This document shows positions 50,567 through 64,000 of a stretch of DNA of 64,000 nt, piece by piece. Below the pieces are notes generated by a model, which was given only the letters and a program-made list of their open reading frames with translations, was not told the origin of the DNA and did no database searches. Each line of letters opens with the position of its first letter. The stretch's first letter is position 1. Source of the stretch: Lama guanicoe (Eukaryota); NCBI GenBank assembly GCA_013239625.1, contig MU053881.1, positions 10,778,873-10,842,872 on the forward strand. Reading direction: 5' to 3'. The position numbers were made by a program, and so were the translations under genes.

Positions 50567-52309
50567 CTTCTTTCAGCAGGTTTCAATATGCCCTGCTCTT
50601 TGCTACCATTTAACCCAAATCTGCTATGGTATTTTATATTGTATACTTTAATTATATTCTCACTTACCTTTCTCTCTTAACAGATTAAGAGCCTATTCAA
50701 AGCAAGATCTAGGTCATAATAATATTTATATCACCAAATTCATCCAAAGAATCTGTATTCATCGAAATGTCTGATGAAGTGTGTATTTTATGGAAATAAA
50801 CACAACTCTGGACACAGAGGTCATTCTTCCAGGGAATTAAGCATGACCTTCTCTGTATTTCTAAGAGTGAGAAAAACAACAAACACACTTATAGACCCAG
50901 AAATAGTCTTTTAGATACTCTCTATATGAATATATATAGTGTATGTGTACACATATGTGCATATGCATATATTATATACATGTGTATGTATATGTTCTAT
51001 ACATGCACACACATACAGATTTACCTACTACATTAAGCAAACATGTATGCATATATGGGTATACTTGTATGCATTTATGTGGATACATAGGTAATCTCAT
51101 TTGACCTAATCTAATATTCACATCACTTAAAATGAATTTTACTCTCAATACTACAAGCCTCATTCTCCCTCTGTCTCAGTCAGGGAGCTTCCCCTCCACA
51201 CTTCTTCAATTCCCTCATTTTTGCTCCTCAGCCCTTATTCTCTGTCCCTCTGTCTGCCTTTTAAGTTAACACTCTCAAAAACCTTCTTTTAAATGTTTAC
51301 TAAAGCTAGCATCAGACCATGTTTCTTCCCTGGTGTTACATCAACACTTCCCACTCCATCTAGTTTTTGACTGCTGAGTTTAACACTGGGAGGAGGTGAG
51401 GATTTCTGTGCCTGCCAATTGGCACTGCTTGGGAGGAAATCTGGCATCAGAACAATTGCACATTTAAAGTCGATGCCACCAGGCCTCTTTTCACTGGGCA
51501 TTTTCCGTGTTCTTTTCATGGACTTTTGTTCCCCTGAAACTTCAGATGACTCCCACGAAGGATAATAAAATGAGTGTTAGGCTTTCTAGAAATTATATTT
51601 TACACAGAAATGGAATGTGTTATCTGAGCATGATGGAACAGAAAATCAGAAGTCTCGTGAGAAAAATGCTTATGTTTCTATACGGTTTAAAAAAAACCCC
51701 AAACTGTATCTAGATAAGAATAAGCTTTTTTAAACATAAGTGGAAACACTTGGTAACTTGACAACTGAAGGTCAAGAAAATGAGACGATACACTTTGAAA
51801 CAGTGATCATTCTGAGATCTGTCTTTCTGGCTTGGAGATGGTAGGTTAACATTTCCACTGTAAGATTCAGGAATAAAACTGGATAATTTGTAACAGTATT
51901 TTTAAGCGATCACATTGCTGAGGGAAAACAAATACTTGACAGATTAAAGATTGGAGAGAAGAAACAGCCCTTGCCTGGAAGGCTGACGATTATTGCGGAC
52001 CTTTGCTAATTCTGGCTATAAGCTAAAGATGAGGCTTGGGCTGAGCGGAACAACTAAACTAAGGGAAAGAAAAATTAGCTAATTACTGACAGTCTGACAG
52101 GCTAGCATAACAGGCTGAAATCTAGAAAAGTCCCTAAAGCAGGGTCAGTGTTTCCTAATTGAAACTGCTGAGTTCTGAGGCAACATGAGAAATCAGGGGG
52201 GTTATGCGGAAACTGGTAAAAGGCAGGGAGAAATCTACATACTACATTAAGAGTCTCACAGGCTGAACACAGTTTAGGATAATATATTTGTAACAGAAAA
52301 TTGACAAAA

Positions 52310-53275
52310 TTCATGAATCTAGAATATATACATTTTAAACTTTTATAAAAAAAAAGAAAAAGACAACTGAAAAGTTTGCAAAAGCATTGAACAATTTACC
52401 AAAGAGTACGTACAAATGCCCAACAAACAAATAAGAAGGTTTTTTTTTAAACTTCATCAGTAACTAAGAAATACAATGTAAAGCAAAAAAATAACAGTAC
52501 ACATAAATTAGAGTACCTAAAATTAATCATATGACCAAGAAAAAGAGTTGCGGAGGGTATGAAATAAGTGGAATTCACATGCAACTGTTGGTGGAAGTGT
52601 TATAGTGGAATGATTGTCATGAAAAGTATTTTAGCATAATCTGTGAAAGCTGGAGATAGATACATCTCTGTGCAAGTATATTTAGTCCTTGGCATATCCC
52701 CTTAAAGATGCATACACCTGTGTACCCAGAGAGATGTACAAATATGCTTGTAACAGCAATATTTACTAACAAGAGAGCAAAACTGGAAACAACCCTAAAG
52801 TCCATCGATAGTAAAATGTATTAATAACCTGTGATACATTTATAAAATAAAATGTTATATAGCAATGGAAACAACTACATACCTACATGTGTTTTACATG
52901 AATCAAATAACTATACCGAGTAACTGATGTCAGACATAGAAGAATATATATTGTTGTCTTTCTATAACTGTAAAGAAAAAGCCGAGAGTATTAAATTGTA
53001 GTGCGTGTGAATGCATGCTTAAGTGGCTAAATTATAATTTTAAAAAACCTAGAAAAGATCACCATAAAGCCAGGAAAGTGATTGCTTGGTGGGGAAAGGA
53101 GAGGTATATTATAAGGGGAAGAGGGAGGCTTAAGGAGTCTACAAACATCTAATTTCTTAATGTCTGTGATGATCACAAAAGTGTTCCTGTAATATTTCAC
53201 AGAAATTTACATCTACGTTTTATACCTTTTTCTGTACTGGTGTTATACTTGACATTGAAAAGATGAAATAATAAT
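52310..53275 (+). mobile_element. L1ME-like 3' end
   Basis: aaaagacaactgaaaagtttgcaaaag..actgttggtggaagtgt..aaactggaaacaaccctaaagtccatc..tttttctgtactggtgttatact. Confidence 0.75.
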
Positions 53276-53619
53276 AAGACATTTCTGTAGAATTCAATGT
53301 CATATCACCTATATTTGGTAGATGACAAAGGCAATTTTTTGTGTGAATGAAAATATCTAATGAGGGAAAACATTAAAACATAAGTAAGAATCACTGATTT
53401 TTAAAGGAATCTCAGCATAGGGATATAAACATGAAAAGATTTTAATTTTTCCAATGATGACCTCTTAATTTCCTATATTAAAGTCCACCTTCTTGCTGGG
53501 AAGTAGTTTCTTACTGTCATTTTGTCGCAGTTCTGTAACTCTTCATCCAAGTTCAGTTCTTAGACTGGCCTTATCCTACTACTGAAGAATCTGTCTCTGT
53601 GGCGTCGGCTACCTACTTC

Positions 53620-53992
53620 TTCATGAAACCCATTCACTGTTTCTCTAGCGCATGTGGATAGAATACATATGCACTTATTTAGTCCCCTGTAGTTAGTTGT
53701 GAATAAATGTGTTATCTCTGGCCAATGGATCTGATGCGTTCCACTTACAGGATAAGCCCTTAGAAACCACCCATGCAGAATCTTGAACGTCAACTGATAG
53801 TAATGTTCATGGTGATCTTGGACGTCACGTGGACAGATGCAAAGCCTCTGCCAGCCTTGTTTCCTGAATGGCAATTGGAACAATTTACCCACCCCATCTC
53901 CTACCCCATGCCGATAGGAGTTAATGAAAGCAAGAAGAAAGTCTGTCAACTTGAGACAATGAGATTTTAGTATTTGTTATAGAAAGTAGCAT
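53620..53992 (+). mobile_element. Ancient MaLR LTR (MLT1J-like)
   Basis: tagtcccctgtagttag..tctctggccaatggatctga..cacgtggacagatg..gagacaatgagattttagtatttgttatag. Confidence 0.55.
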
Positions 53993-55339
53993 TATTGTCA
54001 TTAAAACTTCAAACTTGCGCTTGATTCAAAGCTCTTTTTCTCTACCCTTAGCACTCTGCAGCAGCAGCTAAGGGTCTTGGGTGGAGGGGAAAGAATGGCA
54101 TGGGCTGAAGGATTCCAGAAACCTCTTTCCTGTGTCACTTGTAGACTCCTACAAGGTTAGACTACGTAGTTTTTAGCCATGTTTCCCATAAAGCAGGAAA
54201 TTTTTACTTGGTGCAAAACAGAATTCTATTACATCAGCAAAAATTTGAAAAAGAACTCCACAAAATAATTCCAAGAGGGATGCAATTATGGACTCCAAAT
54301 TTTAGCATCTGAATTCCCTTAAATGTTTTCTGCAGAAAAATAAAATCTCCAGGTTCATTAGGTAATTAGTGAATGAATATTTTAAATGATAAATCCTGCT
54401 TTGAGTGACATGTGGTGACCCTTCTTTTTTACCCAAAAAAATGGCTCTAGAAATGTTTTGAACAAAGCCTCCTAGTGATGCATTAAGATCATTGCCTTGT
54501 TGTAGTGGTTGCTGTTTATTAGAGTATCAAGGAAATCACTGAGATGCATCGTCGTGGTCTGTCAAAGTAAGCTCCTTTCAATCTGTTCCTGTCTGCCAGC
54601 AGAAGACAGGGAGCACCCACTAGGGACAAGAGGATGCAGGCTGGAATAGTAAACAAGATTGTGATATTTTTGATAAATATTGAGAGCCTATAAAACCTGA
54701 AGGAGAGGGCAATTTATTCCCTAATAACCAAATTAAACCCACCAGAAGTGCTGAGGCCTTTAAAAAACCTGTATTATAAAAACATGTCCCTGAAGATGAA
54801 GATTAAAAAAATGGAAACAAAACAAAAGATGAATTTATTTATCCATATTTGAGGTAAGCAAATGAATATTACCTTTTTTTTTCTATTCAGGTTACCACAC
54901 AGGCATAGCTACAGTACACACACACACGTACATACAGACTCATGCAAACACACACACACACACACAATTGTAATAAGCAATCTGCTGGTCAGGAAACTGT
55001 CCAACAATCTAATCTGCCTCTCTTCCAAGTCCTATAATGTATGGCACCTTTGGGGAGATCACTTGAGGAATTGTTCAAAACTGCATTTTTTTTTATGTTA
55101 TGTTTAAATCTATGATGTTGTTTTACATGCTTGATGGAGAAATGCCTTTAAGGTAAGACTGTCTGACAAAGGAACTTCTATGGGCAGAGTCAAGATGGTA
55201 AGCTACATGGATGGAACAGAGTTAATCAGCAAGGCAAAGAAACACCAAGAGCAGACAAATAGGATATGGCAGACATCCTGGATCAACTATTAGAGAACTG
55301 AAAGGTGTTTTCTGCAGGGGCTGGTACTTTTAAATAAAT

Positions 55340-56175
55340 GTCTCTAGGAAGTATCTTAAATGCAACATGTTCAAAATTAAATTCAATATGTTGTTCACCC
55401 CAGAGTAGCTCCTTTTCATGGTCTTTATCTTAATGAATGGCCACAACCAAGCTTGACCAAGATGGAAATTTAGGAGGCCTGGTCACATTTTATTAATTCT
55501 ATTTACTTTAGATCTCAGGCAACTGTCTCTTTTGCTCCATCTCTAAGCCATCCAGGGCACCTCTCAACTCACCCCCACTGGTGACCTCGAAGTTACCTTC
55601 CTACTTTCCAGTCTCTCAATTTTCCAATGATTCACCACATTTCTTCCAAATACATGTTCCTAAAATATAATACCTAAAACCTTTAGTGGACTATCTATGG
55701 TCTGGAGGATAATTCAAAATTATTTCCTAGTCAAATTATGATGATCAGTATTCATCATATCACCATCATCTTTTCTCTAAGTAACTCCAATCTTCTCTCT
55801 TACATCTTACTTGATCTCCCCCTTAACTTCTTGAACTGTTTATCTAAACTGGTGGTTCCTTGAGTGACTTCTCTCCTTTATTTACACTGTTTCCTCTTCC
55901 TAGAATGCCATTCTCTTCTTGCCAAACTAGTTTATATCTACCCATGGTTTAGTCCACAACACTTACTGATCCCGCATGTAGACATAACCATGTCTCTTGG
56001 GTGGGCTGCACACAGTACAAAGTACATGGCACTGTAATACCATAACATCCCACTTCATGTTGCATATTTCATTCTTCATCTGCTAGTTTTTATCATTATT
56101 ATGACCACTTATATTGCTTAGATATGGAATAGGTTATCTTCAAATCTGCATTCAGTGAATGAACAAATGAATGCA
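55340..56175 (+). mobile_element. L2 fragment(s) ending in the L2 tail
   Basis: tatcttaaatgcaacatgttcaaaattaaattc..actgtttcctcttcctagaatgcc..gtgaatgaacaaatgaatg. Confidence 0.65.
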
Positions 56176-56182
56176 CAGGCAC

Positions 56183-56211
56183 ATGGATGGATGGATGGAT
56201 GGATGGATGGA
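56183..56211. repeat. (ATGG)n tetranucleotide microsatellite
   Basis: Direct reading. Confidence 0.95.
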
Positions 56212-58044
56212 CATGCAGATGCATGAATAGTTCTTTCCTAATCTAAAATTTCATTATTTCAAGAGCTCTTAGTGCAATTCAGCTTTAAGTTGTGATCATA
56301 TTGAATCATGGGACTGAGAGAAAAATGCAGTGTATTAAGCCCCTTAGAAGAAAAGGACAAAATCACAGGATCTTTCCTTTCCAGAAGTAGAAATCTCGAT
56401 GGTAAGAAGAGGTTAGAAAGGTATACATTAGGCACCTTCTCTTTCTTATTGTAAGCATTGAGTTACCATGTGAACTAGGATGAGAACAGGCCCAGAATAT
56501 CTCACACCTTCAGTGTGACTGACACCAAGCAAAAGACATTCAATTTTTTATTAAAAACAAAAATTCATTTGAAAGGCTTTGGTTCTGAAACCTCATCAGC
56601 TCCACATGGAAATGTTTTTTTCAGAGAATTCAGGACAAAATACTGACTCAATTCCTTCAAAGAGCTTAAAGCCCAGTAGGGAAGACAGATTTAAATAATC
56701 CCATGAGATATATTTAATTTTTCCCTGTAGTGAGAATTAGAGGAGAGTTTCAGGGTATTAGGAGAACATGAGAGGAAGGGGTAATTTTAAGTGTTATTAG
56801 GAAGTTCGGAGAAGTATGATTTCAGCTGGGATGTGAAGAATGAGAAAAAAGCTAAGCAGGTTGAAATGAAGGTGTTGTAGTGGGTAGGTGGGAGGTGGAA
56901 ATGACGTATGTCTTCACTAACTCAAGAGATTTCATGACACCAGTTCCATGATCACTGCCCATGATTTGCAATAAAAGTCATCAGACAAAAAAGAGACTCC
57001 TTGGTTGTCAGTGGATTTTGGTTATAATGAATAATAATAGTCTGAATTTAAGTGGAATTTAGATAGCTTCCTGTAATTTGGAGATTTTATTACAATTTAT
57101 TTTTATAGAATGAGATTTTGACCCATATTAAATTGACCATCACCTCTGCCACCAAGTCAGTGCTAATTAATGGAAAGGCTGTGATTTTCAAATCAAGTAA
57201 TATTCAGAGTTAGACTCTACCGCTCTGTTTGATAAACAGCAGTCTGACCAAGATGGACTATTGAGAGATTATTTTCTCTCGAACAATTATGAAATTGGCC
57301 CAGCATAAGTACACTAATTTAACTAGATAGAGTATGTTTGGTTTATTGAAATGAATCTTATCAGTAGCAGAAAAAAAACACCCTTGAGAATGTTGTTAAG
57401 ACAATATAACAAGTTAGATTAATATAGATTTGACCAGCAAATGGTTCTTCACTTACTGGCCTTTGGATTTCAATAATATTTAGCCAGAGGCTGTTTTTCA
57501 AGTACTGTCACTTGGGCTTTTTATAATGAAAAGCAGAAAGGAAGCTTTAATGAGCTCCATCCAAGTTCATAACATTCAGACTCCAAACCCAGAAAACAAA
57601 GCCAGCCACCTGTAAATGTTTGACCTATTGTTCAGAAGGGAATTCTTTGAAGAGAGGTAGAGATTTGCAGAATACAGAAGTGAAAGCAGGAAAATACCAG
57701 AAGACAAAACTTTCCTACTTGAAAATTTAACAAAGCCAGCCTGATTCTACCCTTTTAAAAAGGTACAGTGATTCAGGAATATATTCCCAGAGTGATATGG
57801 AAAAATAGTTTGCATGGAAAGTCACGTTCAATGTGTTAATCTGTTATTCCCAAAGTCATAGTGAACGTGTTAAATATTTTTTTCTGATAACCCTAAATTC
57901 TGGAATTTTTTGAAATATCTTTACAGGGAGTAAATTAGGCTGTGTTTCAAGGGTCTCAATTCTGCATCTACCTCTTGCTCAGGTGGGGCTGATACGTATT
58001 AGGAAAGGGGAGAAAGGGCCTTATGGTAATACGAAAATAAAATG

Positions 58045-58225
58045 TTCCATTTATGAAGTGCTTAATATGAGCACTTGGCAAAATATTTTGTCATGGGCAC
58101 TCTATAAGGGAGGTGTTTCTATTTTACAGAACAGGAAAGTGAAGCTCTGAGAGGTGGGTAACTTGCACAAGGCCATGTGACTAGTAACTAGGAAGGCTGG
58201 AGTTCAAACTTAGAATTTTCTCTGG
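58045..58225 (-). mobile_element. MIR fragment
   Basis: attttacagaacaggaaagtgaagctctgagaggtgggtaacttgcacaaggccatgtgactagtaa. Confidence 0.8.
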
Positions 58226-59149
58226 TATGACCTTAAGTCATTTTCCCTAAATGTGAGTCCACTGAATTATGTCACTTAGAAAAAATTGTTGAAATTTTAA
58301 GAATACATTTAAAGTAATTCAGTGGGATCTGAGTAGCAAATATATTCTTCGCATTTGCCTTTTGTTTTTTGTTTATGGTAGATTTTGTTTGTTTGGTTGT
58401 TTTGCCATGCACTCCAGCCTGCCTTCACCTGTACCTTGTATTTCCAAATCCAAAGTTTCTCTGATTCGGCATTTTAAAGTCTTCTAAAGAGTGTAGGGAG
58501 AAGCCAGTGGTCTGACTGTGCAGTTCACAACCTGCTGTCCTCATGTTCTATCTAATCTGTTTGCCATCCTCTGGAAGCAAACATTCCTGAGACTGTTTGT
58601 GTTTCGAACTAATAAATCTGGTTGTTTTCAGCTCCTCACTGTAGCTGTCTGCTAAGTGATGAAGGACTCAAACACTGCTCTCATTTCCAAAATTGTACTT
58701 TTGTCGTCTATCCTGTTCTTTCTTTCCACGTATACCCCCTGGTGCCCTTTTTACCCTTTGTGTTTTTGTTTTGTAAAAATAATGGGATAAATGTGTTCTG
58801 TGTGACTTGCCTCCAAGGTGAGATCATTAACCCTTTTAAAATTTAAATATACATACAAAAGAGTACAAAACTCAAAAGTATACAGCTCAGGGAATGGTCA
58901 CAAATTACGCACTCTGGCTTGCCTTCCAGAGAAGTTCTACCTCCAGAATCACAGTATCATCCAATTCGAGAAAACATTTATAGACAACAGCACAACAGAG
59001 TAATTAGGATAATATTATTTGAATGTTCTCTGAAGTCCAATGGGTCAAACCTTGATTCTGACATTTTATTAGTTTTGTGACCTTAATGTACCATAAATAA
59101 AAAAGTAACTCTTTGCTGCGTTCTATGTGCTTTAAAAATCATAGCTCTG

Positions 59150-59580
59150 CTGGCCACTCTTTCTATCACTGTATCTCATGTCACTGTCTTCAAATCATAC
59201 TATGTCCCAGCCACGCTGATCTTACAACAATTCTTCCAGTACACTGTTTTTTTTTTCTTGTCTCAGAGACTTTGCTCATTATCTCCCTGACTTTCTGCAA
59301 GACTGGCTCTTTTCCATCTTTCAAGTCTCACCTTAGGTGGTATCTCTGCAGAGAGGCCTTCCTGCTGACCTATCTAGATAGATCGCCTCCTCCACCTGCC
59401 TCCAAAACCACAACTTACAATTATCCATTTCTTTCTATCTTTGCTTTCTGTCTCTCTCATAATTCTGCTGGCTACTTGAGGGCAGGGACCCTGTCTGGTT
59501 CACTTAGCGATACTTACTAATCATTTAGGCCTGCTTTTGGCACGTAAAATCTGCTAAATAAGTACTTTAAAATTAAAAAA
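59150..59580 (+). mobile_element. L2 3' end
   Basis: ctttcaagtctcaccttagg..tctgcagagaggccttcctg..cttgagggcagggaccctgtctggttcac..ggcacgta..ctaaataagtactt. Confidence 0.75.
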
Positions 59581-60874
59581 ATAGATATGTCCAAATTGTC
59601 TCAAATAATAGTCTCTGCCTTAAAAGGATGAATGTGGATATTAAATAAAATAGTGCTCACAGAGTAGATTGCTATACACTTGACACAGTCTAAGTGATTA
59701 ATAACTGGTAGTTATTTTTTTACATCTATCTGACAATATTCTTGTGAAATGATCATATTCTTGAGGGATACAGTCTTAGAATAATATTCTTTTAGGAAAC
59801 CAACAAACAAAGAAAGGCAGTCACCTTTGAAGAGCCTTTTGGATGTTTGTTATTACTAAAACCAACCCCCCTCCCACTCAGGTTTTCCTAACACACCCTT
59901 TTCATCCATAAGGACAGCCCTCGATTTTGTGATTAATACATTCTGTAAATACATTAACCCTTTTAGTCTTAATTTAATCGACCATCTACCATTTGCTTCA
60001 AGACCAGATATCCCATCCTTGCCCATCAGTCTTCTTCCATTTCGTCCTCCCCTTCATTCCTCTTTCTCTCATTCTTCCTCCCTACTTTTTAATATCCCTT
60101 ATACCCAGTATTAATTAACCTCAAAAAACTAAACATCATAATTCCTCCGTTTATTAATTACTTTTTCAAGCTCCTATTTTCTCTCCTCTTCCTGTTCCTC
60201 TGTTTCTCCCAAATTTTGCCTTGACAGTTATTCTCCCAGATCACTATCAGCTTCAGAAGAGGCAAAAATCTTTCACCGGTAAACAAAAACAAAGAGAACA
60301 GAGTATTAGAAAGAACAGAGACAGTGTGGCCATCTTGAATTTCTTTTTTTCTGCCATTGGCACCATTAGTAGAGCATGACTGGGATGTTTTAAATTGCGA
60401 AATTCATGTTGCAATTTATGATCATTAAGCACACAGTCGGCAAGCACTCAGATCTTTTCATCAAGAGTTTCATTCCATCTTCTTTCACAGTTATTCCCTG
60501 ACCAATTACTGCATGTAAAGTACTATGCTAAGCCCCAAGGTGGGAGGCATGCTTCTCAATTAGTCAGGGACATAAATACAGATCAATGAGATAAACCTCT
60601 TAAGGACATTAGGAATATATACAGGAAGTGTTACGAATACTTGGAATAAGAAAAGATCAATTATACAGGAGAATCAATAAGGTGTGGTAGAAATGATGGC
60701 TTCGGAGGTAGGTTATGAAGGATGACTCATAAATGTACGTAAGTAATAAAGAGACTACTAATGCTCTTACCTACTCCCTGTAGAACATATTTTGTTGTTT
60801 AGGAATTTCAAAAGATCTTTCTATTTATTGGCTGTAGACCAGTCTCATACAGACCTTTTGATAACAATCCTGAA

Positions 60875-61190
60875 TTAGTCAGCTCTAAGTGATACCACAG
60901 TAACAAATGATTTCAAAATCTCAGTAGGTTACATTTACAGAGATTTATTTCTTCCTGTCACGACATGTACTTCGCAGACTGGCTGTAACTTTGCCCCACA
61001 TCTTATTTATTCTACCACCAAGATTTAAAGTAGATTTCTTACTAAGGGAGTGGCTAGGTGTGCAGGGGAAAGGAACGTGGTAGGGCAGAGAAATCGCTCT
61101 TCAAGCGGCTGCTCAGGATTGGTATGTGTCACCTCTACTCACGTTCACTGGTCAGAGCAAGTCACATGGGAAAGCCTAATGTTCACAGCC
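60875..61190 (-). mobile_element. MaLR LTR fragment (MLT1J-like)
   Basis: cagtaacaaatgatttcaaaatctcagt..agatttatttctt..tgtcacctctactcacgttcactggtcagagcaagtcacatgg. Confidence 0.7.
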
Positions 61191-61465
61191 ACCCTGGAAG
61201 GTGGACACTAATAGTACCGTTTTACAAATACGGAAACTTGACTGAGACATCACATCAATGAAAAGAGAAAACTTTATGCAGCAACTAATTGGTGGAGCCT
61301 GGGTTGCAAACCCATGTAGAGCACATTTCAAATTATCTTCCCAAGACCATGTAGTATTGTTTATTACAGGGAATAAAACAGACAGATTTAAATTTTGATC
61401 TAATCTAAGTTAAAGTCTTCTGAGTTTAACTTTGTTCTGTCTAATCATAGAAATGCAGCGTCTGA

Positions 61466-61587
61466 TCTTATAGTAGAGTGAAAAAGAATATTAAAAAGAA
61501 TGTATGTATGTATATGTATGACAGAAACATTATGCTGTACACCAGAAATTGACAGAACAGTGTAAACTGATTATACTTCAGTTTAAA
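61466..61587 (+). mobile_element. Very short 5'-truncated young L1 with TSD
   Basis: gtgaaaaagaatat..tatgtatgacagaaacattatgctgtacaccagaaattgaca..tgtaaactgattatacttca. TSD aaatgcag(cg/aa)tctga at 61451-61465 and 61588-61602. Confidence 0.88.
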
Positions 61588-63689
61588 AAATGCAGAATCT
61601 GAAACTAGAAGGACCTTACAAACCATGTCCACTGCCTTAGCACCTGATTAAATACAGTTATATAATTTTTAAACTCCTGCAATGGAAAAATATTACAACT
61701 AATTTCTTAAAACTCTATCTTAAAGGAAAGATCCCAAAGAAAAAACAGCTTTTATTTTTGTTCTCTTTCATTTTAGGTGTCAATTTTCCAAAGGCCAAAG
61801 CATATCACAGAAGGAGCAGGGTAGAATTTTCATGACAAATGTTTGTGAACTTCTAGACAGTAATTTCTCTTATTTAGCCATTTGTGCATACTACATGAAT
61901 CACAAGAAAGGCAAGATCCAGCTGGGTAATTAGTTTAAAATTATTATTATTACTGTTATTGTTATAATTGTTAATACAGTTCATAGTGTATTACAATTGT
62001 TTTTTATATTATAAGAAACATACAACCCTGTGTCCTTTGCAAAACATTAATAATAGAGAGATTATCATATGAAAAAGCCACTAGAAACAGGGTGTTGCCG
62101 AAGTGTTTTCTTCCCCTATTCATGTGACACTAATGCAACCTTCAACTCTATATACCAATTACTAAGATGGACTTTGCTTTTATGTTGTTGTTTTGTTGCA
62201 ATTCTTTATAATGGGCAATTACAATATTACTGAGACATAATTTTTAGGTTATGTACCTCTTTTTTAAATCAAAGGAAAAGAAAACAATCAAGTTTGTCTT
62301 AATAGCCCACTAGCTTTTATATTATAGTTCTCTAATTATATAACAAAAAGCACACCAGAAATTGTTCTAGATTATTTTCACATGTAATAATAATTTTATA
62401 TACATAATTCTTCTTTTAGGAACCAATAATAATTCAAGCATACAACAGCGAGGTTAATAAAGCACCTCCTTTGATGTCATTAGTCCATTATAGTATTTTG
62501 TGTCTTCTGTCAGTTCTGTTCTCTGGCCTCATCAAAAGCTTCTATCAGCAATAACTTCCTCATTTTTAAAGTAAGACCTTGCCTAAGGATGTTAGCATTC
62601 TGCTCTGCATTTATCATGTGGAAGGGAACAGACAAAAACAGACTAGATGATCTGTATTACAAGGACACAGTTAAGAACGGGCTGGTTTAAAACATCTGAA
62701 ACTTCAGGAATGCCCTTGAACTTCAATCTCTGCGTTTTAAAATATAATTCTGAAGTAACATGCATAAAAATGCAGAAAGAGAAATAACATATTCAGAACG
62801 AAATAAATCAAAATTATTTCAGATTATTTTATCTCTAAATCGTAAAGTGCATAGCTGATGTATGATGAAGTAAAAAGAAAAGACTTGGTTTGAATCCTCT
62901 CTCTAGTTACTAGCTGTGGCTCTGGGCACTTGCATAACATGGACAAAAAGATGTCTCTAGAGTGATGTACGAGTACATGAATCACAGCCCCTGATGTGGA
63001 GTAGTTTGTTGGTTACTGGGCGCTACTTTCTCCCTTACGTCTGCATTTTCTATTTCTCTGTTCCTAAGACTTCTGTTATCTTGGACTCTTGCTTCATCCT
63101 TTGTTCTGCATCTACGCTATGCACACCGGCCCTCTGCAAATTCATTCACTCTTCTCCAACCCCACTGCCCCTGCTCCTCTCAATGGAACTGCTCCACCAG
63201 ACTTTTAATCTAACCTGCTCCACTGCACCTGCTTTTCTCAGTCTGTTATATAACTTTCAAAGACTTCAATAATCGTATATCAACCAACTATTCTGATTGG
63301 GCCCTTCTAAATTCTGTCATCTATGTTATGCTCAGAAAAAATTGTATTCACCGTGTCCCACAAAACTGTTCCAAGCCCTCTGTCTCAAATGCTCTGCTGT
63401 TTACAAGGCTGTAAACATCACTCAACTCATAGGGAAATGCCATTTTCTTTACAAAGAATTTCCAAATCTTCTTAGTTTTGAGTAATCTAATCCTCCTCTT
63501 AATTTTCAAATTTCAAGATAATATTATTTTCCTATAAGAAAATGTACTCTAGTTAATCTGGAAGGTACACAAAAGCATGTGATAAATTAAAATCATTTGT
63601 AATTCTACAACTGAAGGACACTATTAGTATATAGACCTGTATGCCTCTAGAGGAATAAACTACACAATGTATGTTCTTTTTTATATGTC

Positions 63690-63990
63690 TCTCCATTTGA
63701 TTATTTTAGGACACATGTGCAGAATTAAATTGCTAAGAAGAAACATTTCAAAAATTCAAAAACTTTTATTATATGTTGATAAAGTGACCTCAAAATGGCA
63801 CACACATTTATACTCCATCACCAATGTTTGCTAATCCCTATATACTCCCACATTTGCCATCACTGGAAAGTATATTAAAATGTTTCTGTATTTAAATCTT
63901 TCATACTTAAAATATTTGCCAGATTAATAACTGAAAAAATTTCCCCAAAGCTGTTTCAAAGTTCATTTCTTTGGATATTAGTGAAGCTAA
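63690..63990 (-). mobile_element. Old L1 (L1ME-like) antisense fragment
   Basis: ttattttaggacacat..aaattgct..catttatactccatcaccaatg..ctcccacatttgccatcactgg..catttctttg. Confidence 0.55.
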
Positions 63991-64000
63991 GTAATTTACC

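Noticed and set aside
50660..50672. Consensus minus-strand donor AAG|GTAAGT
   Set aside because: Within decayed L2-like sequence with no convincing matching acceptor.
54851..54895. Donor GAG|GTAAGC followed by a strong acceptor ttttttttctattcag
   Set aside because: Only ~37 nt apart, too short for a mammalian intron, and no supported partner sites.

Overview
AT-rich, CpG-depleted, repeat-dense mammalian non-coding DNA. It is very probably camelid (alpaca/vicuna/camel), judging by three copies of a tRNA-derived SINE resembling the camelid Vic-1 family and several young lineage-type L1 3' ends. I cannot support any protein-coding gene, RNA gene, CRISPR array or prokaryotic feature. The ORF track consists of chance ORFs, low-complexity ORFs and decayed L1/L2/LTR sequence. 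Much of the window is old L1 (L1M/L1ME/L1MC/L1MD/L1MA-like), L2, MIR, MaLR/ERV LTRs and hAT/TcMar DNA-transposon fossils; subfamily names come from recall of consensus sequences and need RepeatMasker/Dfam confirmation. I found no novel biological system. The best signals are retrotransposition signatures and candidate regulatory or splice elements. These are: an apparent ~1.2 kb L1 3' transduction bounded by one TSD and splitting an L2 (22.5-23.7 kb); a twin-primed, 5'-inverted L1 with TSD (5.4-5.7 kb); a solo LTR with CCAAT/GC/TATA/polyA signals nested in a MER34-type LTR (33.2-33.9 kb); a CTCF-like site with upstream motif (31.3 kb); a strong + strand L1 bias hinting at a minus-strand host gene; and a candidate 24-nt minus-strand microexon (34.5 kb).
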